From NCBI GenBank assembly GCA_016618085.1, contig JABLTG010000165.1:1-42857 (forward strand): a DNA stretch of 42,857 nucleotides, written 5' to 3'. The position numbers and the translations under genes were made by a program. The stretch comes from Neovahlkampfia damariscottae. Lineage: Eukaryota. The notes under the pieces were generated by a model. The model searched no databases and was not told where the DNA came from. It saw only the letters and a list, made by a program, of their open reading frames with translations. Below, one piece after another: positions 38,201 to 42,857 of this stretch (position 1 is its first letter; each line of letters opens with the position of its first letter).

Positions 38201-40961
38201 TCCCATTCCACATTGACATACATCAGTTTTAACACATACACCCCTTTCAGAACAAATTGAAGTATCTGAAACATTTTTTCCAAAACAAATAAAATTTGAT
38301 TGTAAGATTAAAGTTGAACCTTCACCAATGGACACATCTATAATTCCACCCATTGAATTTGAAACCATTATTGGTACATTTTGAGTAGCATAAACACTAC
38401 CAACTCCAAGTTGACCAAAAGCATTAGCTCCAAATCCATATAGTTTACCATTTGATTTTAAAAGAAAGGTATTTGAAACACCAGTAATGATCTTAATAAC
38501 ATTTGAATTATTGAATGGTAATAATGTTGGTGAGTTGCGATTAATTATTGTTCCATCTCCTAATTGTCCATTAGTATTTGAACCAAACAAGTAAACTTGT
38601 CCATTTGAATTCAAAATAACTGAATGATATTCTCCTGCTGCAATAGAAATAATATCATAATTATTTGATGCAAGTGGTACAGGTAATATTCTATTTGTTG
38701 TAGTTCCATCACCAAGTTCACCATGACCATTAAAACCAAATGAATAAACTGTTTTGTTTTGAACAAGTACCAATGTATGAAAATAACCTGATGCAACTTT
38801 GGTAATGTTCATTATAGATGTTACTTCAGTAGGTGAATATCTGCTCACCAAATCAGGATGTCCAATTTGAGCATTGTCATTGAAACCAAATGAAAATAGT
38901 TTTTGATCATTTGAGATAATGAATGAGTGATAGTAACCAGCACTAACATCTGCTGTTGCATTATGAATTTCTTGAAATGTCGAACTCACTAAAATAGTAG
39001 AATCACCAATCCCTAATTCACCAAATTTATTTCTTCCAGCTGATAATGCTTTTCCATCATTTTTGGAAATCAAAACATGAAAATTACCAACAGATATTTT
39101 TTTTATATCATAATTTTGATTAAAAGAAGTTGGTTCAACCAAATTTTTTGTATCATCATTTCCTATTTGACTATGTCCATTGTATCCTATTCCAAGTGCT
39201 TTTGAAAAGTTTTTTACAATAAAATTAGTGTAATAGCCAGAATAAATATTTTGAATTAAATGATTTTCTGTTTTCATTTTAGTTGGAAGTACTCTTTGAG
39301 TCATTGTTCCATCTCCAAGTTCACCATACTATATCATTTTTAAATTTAAAATAAACATACTAAATTTCTTCCAAATCCATAAACTACATTAAATTGTGTA
39401 TTATTATAAAATATTTCACATTCTAATCCATCATACCCATCATTACATGTACAAATATTATTTAAATTACATTTTCCATTTCCTGAACATACATTTAAAT
39501 CTGTTGAGTTCTTTCCAAAACAATTTGCAATTTCACATTCATTTCCAAAGTATCCATTTACACAATTACAAACATCATGTTTAAAGCAAATACCTCTTCC
39601 TGAACATATTGATGAATCTGAAATATTCTTTCCAAAACAAATAAAATTTGATTGAAGAATGAATGAAGAATAACTTCCACCTACAATATCAATAATTCCT
39701 CTTATTGTTGTAGCAACTCTTATTGGAATGATTTGATTTATTGGTGTAGTTGATCCAGTTCCTAATTGACCATGAGGATTATATCCAAATCCATAAAGTT
39801 GACCATTTGATTTTAAAATGAATGATGTTCGATCACCAGCAGCAATTTTAATAATATCAGAGTTTTTAAAAGGTAGATAGGTTGGAATATTCTTATTTAT
39901 CAAAGTATTATCACCAAGTTGACCTTCTGAATTATAACCAAATACAAATACTTTTCCATTTGATTTTAAAATCATTGAATGATAATTTCCTGCACTAATG
40001 GATATAATATCATAATTATTTGAATATAATGGTACAGGATTTGGTTTTGACACTAACGATTTATCTCCAAGTTGTCCATAAGTATTATGACCAAAAGTGT
40101 AAACTGTTCCATTTTGAAGTAACACCATGGAGTGAAAATAACCAGCACATATTTTTGATGCATTAGATAAAATTAAATTCTTTTTTGGACTATTTATATT
40201 TGTATAGTCACCAAGTCCAAGTTGACCATCTCCATTCAGTCCAAAAGAAAAAACATCAAAATTTGATGATATTATAATTGAATGAGAAGAACCAACAGCA
40301 ATTTCAATAGTTGAATTTTGAAAATATTGAAATGTCTTGTAAACTTGGATAGTTGAACCTAATCCAAGTTGTCCATTATCATTGTTACCTGAAGAATACA
40401 CACTCCCATTATTCTTTAATAATATAGTATGACCAATACCAACAGCTATTGATTTAATATCTGTATTTTCTGTAAATAGTGTTGGAATATGAGCTTCAGA
40501 TGTTTTATTATTTCCAATTTGTCCAAAATCATTGTAACCAGTAGCAAGACCTCTTGAATAATTCTTAACAAAATAGAAAGTGAAGTATTTGCCATAAATA
40601 TTTTCTATTAAATAATTTTCTTTTGATAACTTTGTTGGAAGTAATCGTTGAGTCTTTGTTCCATCTCCAAGTTCACCATGCTGTGAAATATTAATGAAAA
40701 ATAATATCAAACATAATTCAAACCAAATCCATACACAATATTATATTCTGTGTTGTTATAGAATATTTCACACTCATATCCATCAAAACCATTGTTACAA
40801 TTGCAAATATCAGTTGAATTACAAATTCCATTTCCTGAACAAACCATTAGGTCTGTGGAAATAATCCCATTACATGTGTAATTTTGTCCTTTCACCTGAT
40901 GAAACAAGTAGCCAAACAAAAAAACCATTAGAAAGACCGTTTTGCATGAGGGTTTGGTCAT
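35279..40961 (-). CDS. Receptor-like protein: signal peptide, EGF-like repeats, two RCC1/BLIP-II propellers, multipass (7TM-like) region, C-terminal RGS domain; 4 exons
   Basis: Introns 40681-40712, 39329-39360 and 37090-37119 join four track ORFs in frame. RCC1 GxNxxGQLG repeats; CSGNGxC..CxC..GxxC repeats; QPLKSRGIIP after TM1; RGS FATIEWSQENL..IHEMYLNGDSSPLEINI..NISDTWSRF. Confidence 0.9.
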
Positions 40962-41199
40962 GTTCTGTCAAATAACTTGACCAATCAGCATATCCAAAAG
41001 CTTCAACAACTGGAAAGAAGTGAAAAAGAAGGTTAGATTCGAAATGGTGTTAGTAAGTAAGAAAAAGGAGAAATAGGTTCTTTATTATAAATCCATATCT
41101 TTCTGGAGCAGATAATTTTCCACTTTTTTGTTCAAATTGGATGTTTCGAAAAAATTATAACCAAATTACTTTTTTATTGAATAAGCTTCCAAATAGACC

Positions 41200-41670
41200 C
41201 CTTTTTTTGGTTAGGGTTGTGTTGTAGGTTTAAATCCAGCAGATGAAGTACACCTCCAAGTGTTTCTTCATCTTTTGTTGAAGGATTTTTTCCAGGATTC
41301 AATGCTTTGTTAAGGAAATTATTCAAAGAGGATTGTTTTCCAACTGGATTTGGTGCAGATAGATCATTTGATTTTGTTTTGACATGTTTTGATTGAGGTT
41401 TTAACGTTTTCTCTTGTTCTTTTTTTGTGTCAACTTTTGAATTTTGAGATTCAGATGTTTGTGAGGTTTGTGGGACTGAAATTGAAAGAGGTTGTGGAGT
41501 TTCTTCTTTTTAACCTTTTTCATTCTTTTTCGAATGTTTTCAGGTTTTCTCATTTTTCTTGTTTCTTCATTGCTAACCTGAGAGTACTTTTGAATGATTC
41601 AAAAACAGTCAAAGCCACTTCAAGTTTAGCTTGACTGACACTTCCAGTTCTTCTTGATTGATTTATTCTT
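41200..41670 (-). pseudogene. Possible decayed coding fragment in the subtelomere
   Basis: Coding-like pieces in shifting frames with stops (QSRRTGSVSQAKLEVALTVFESFKSTLRLAMKKQEK*, KEETPQPLSISVPQTSQ, NPGKNPSTKDEETLGG). No recognisable family. Confidence 0.25.
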
Positions 41671-42716
41671 TTATTAGGAGCACTAATATCTTTGTCTTTC
41701 GTTGAAATGATCAAATTTTGGGTTTATTTGATTAAAATGTTCAAAAGTTGAAGTTGAGAAAAATCATCACTTCAATTTTTCTCATCAATTCTGTTTTTTC
41801 AAAGTATTATGGAGAAAAACAAAAAGAGTATTCCTTTCAATTTCCAAGATATTCGTTGAAAGCTTGGCACATTCCCATTCTACTATCAAGGCTTCTTTCT
41901 ATCAAAAATGGAACTATATTTCTCAAATCAAGATTTTCCTATAAATGAATCAATTTGAGTCTCTGCGTTTGAATTTGGAACCAAATTGACTGAAACATTG
42001 CCTGGTGTTGAAGAGATGTATTACAATTTTCCATTTGGTTTCCTGATTAACTTGTCAAGAATGAAAATTCTGTTGTAATATTTCCGTTCCCCTTTCAATA
42101 TTTTGTTGGATATTTCAACTTTTATATACATTCAAATATCAAATGATGCTCAATGACAGAATCAGTGGAGAAAAAACATACTATTCCTGAAAACTGCTTC
42201 ATTTGTTTCAGAAGTTTTCAAGAATTCAAACAACAAAGACTGAGTTAAAAAAAAAACAACAAACCACAATCTTCAAACAATCAAGAACAACTGTTTTGGT
42301 AAAATATTTTGCCTAAATCAAGAAATTACTTAACCTTCAAAAATTTTTATTTCAGCCACAAAAATGAACATTGCACAGTCAATTTCAGTTCAACAAAATT
42401 TCAGTCACACATATTGTCAACCACTTTTTAAAAAATTTTGATTCCACGCACTGAACAAAAAAAGCTACAAAAAAAAGACTATTTCACCCAAACAAAACAA
42501 ACAATATTGTTCTTTCAGAGTATTTTTAAAAACATATTGAAGTAGCACAGCAAAATCGTTGTTGAATTCTTCAGAAGTAAGTGACAGACCAAATATGAAG
42601 AATAAACTTTATAAAAAATTTTGTAACCACAATTCCGTTGACAAAGTAACAAAAAATAGAGTTTGGAAAATGACATCGCCTAATCAGGAGAAAAACTACC
42701 AGTTTTGGATTTTGAA

Positions 42717-42857
42717 TTTAGGTTTGGGTTTTTGGGTTTTTGGGTTTTTGGGTTTTTGGGTTTGGGTTTGGGTTTGGGTTTGGTTTTGGGTTTGGGTTTG
42801 GGTTTGGGTTTGGGTTTGGGTTTGGGTTTGGGTTTGGGTTTGGGTTTGGGTTTGGGT
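42717..42857 (+). repeat. Telomeric repeat array (TTTGGG)n, chromosome end
   Basis: Tandem TTTGGG to the window end with the G-rich strand running 5'->3' outward. Proximal variants: TTTAGG, four TTTTTGGG units, TTTGG and TTTTGGG. Confidence 0.97.

Noticed and set aside
1055..40961. Alternative genetic code or stop readthrough to explain the fragmented ORFs
   Set aside because: The interruptions I parsed resolve as short GT-AG introns, and long exons are open in the standard code.
41205..41232. Interstitial TTAGGG telomere-like sequence
   Set aside because: A single unit, not tandem; expected by chance.
41389..41948. Track ORFs 41389..41634 and 41748..41948
   Set aside because: Short, TTG-initiated, no motifs and no adjacent CCAAT-ATG arrangement.
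1..42857. tRNA or rRNA genes
   Set aside because: No cloverleaf or rRNA-like GC-rich segment seen by eye; small snoRNAs cannot be excluded without a covariance search.

Overview
This is eukaryotic nuclear DNA, not prokaryotic: the last ~43 kb of a chromosome arm from a very AT-rich, gene-dense protist, ending in a (TTTGGG)n telomere. I resolve 20 protein-coding genes in the standard code, most split by tiny GT-AG introns of ~30-45 nt that the ORF track fragments or misses. In order: a partial P-loop ATPase, calcineurin B, a GIGYF/SMY2-like GYF protein, RPAIN, an RRM protein, intronless myosin II, TADA1/Ada1, a UBL-STI1-UBA shuttle factor, a rhomboid protease, G-alpha, a ZZ-finger-serpin fusion, importin-9, a DnaQ-like DEDDh exonuclease, Rheb, a WW-RasGEF, a TMEM161-like protein, myosin I, a coiled-coil protein, Vps18 and a subtelomeric EGF/RCC1-7TM-RGS receptor. 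Myosin II, a 7TM-RGS receptor and TTTGGG telomeres together suggest a heterolobosean amoeba related to Naegleria (inference). The most interesting signals are a p62/NBR1-like (PB1?)-ZZ-serpin fusion with LIR-like motifs, a probable 1-nucleotide exon in Vps18, and a 45-nt GC-rich island that parses as a terminal exon on both strands. Also notable are a CCAAT box beside every start codon and an SHP-box rhomboid head-to-head with a proteasome shuttle gene. Family calls come from motif recognition by eye and splice models are unvalidated by transcripts.
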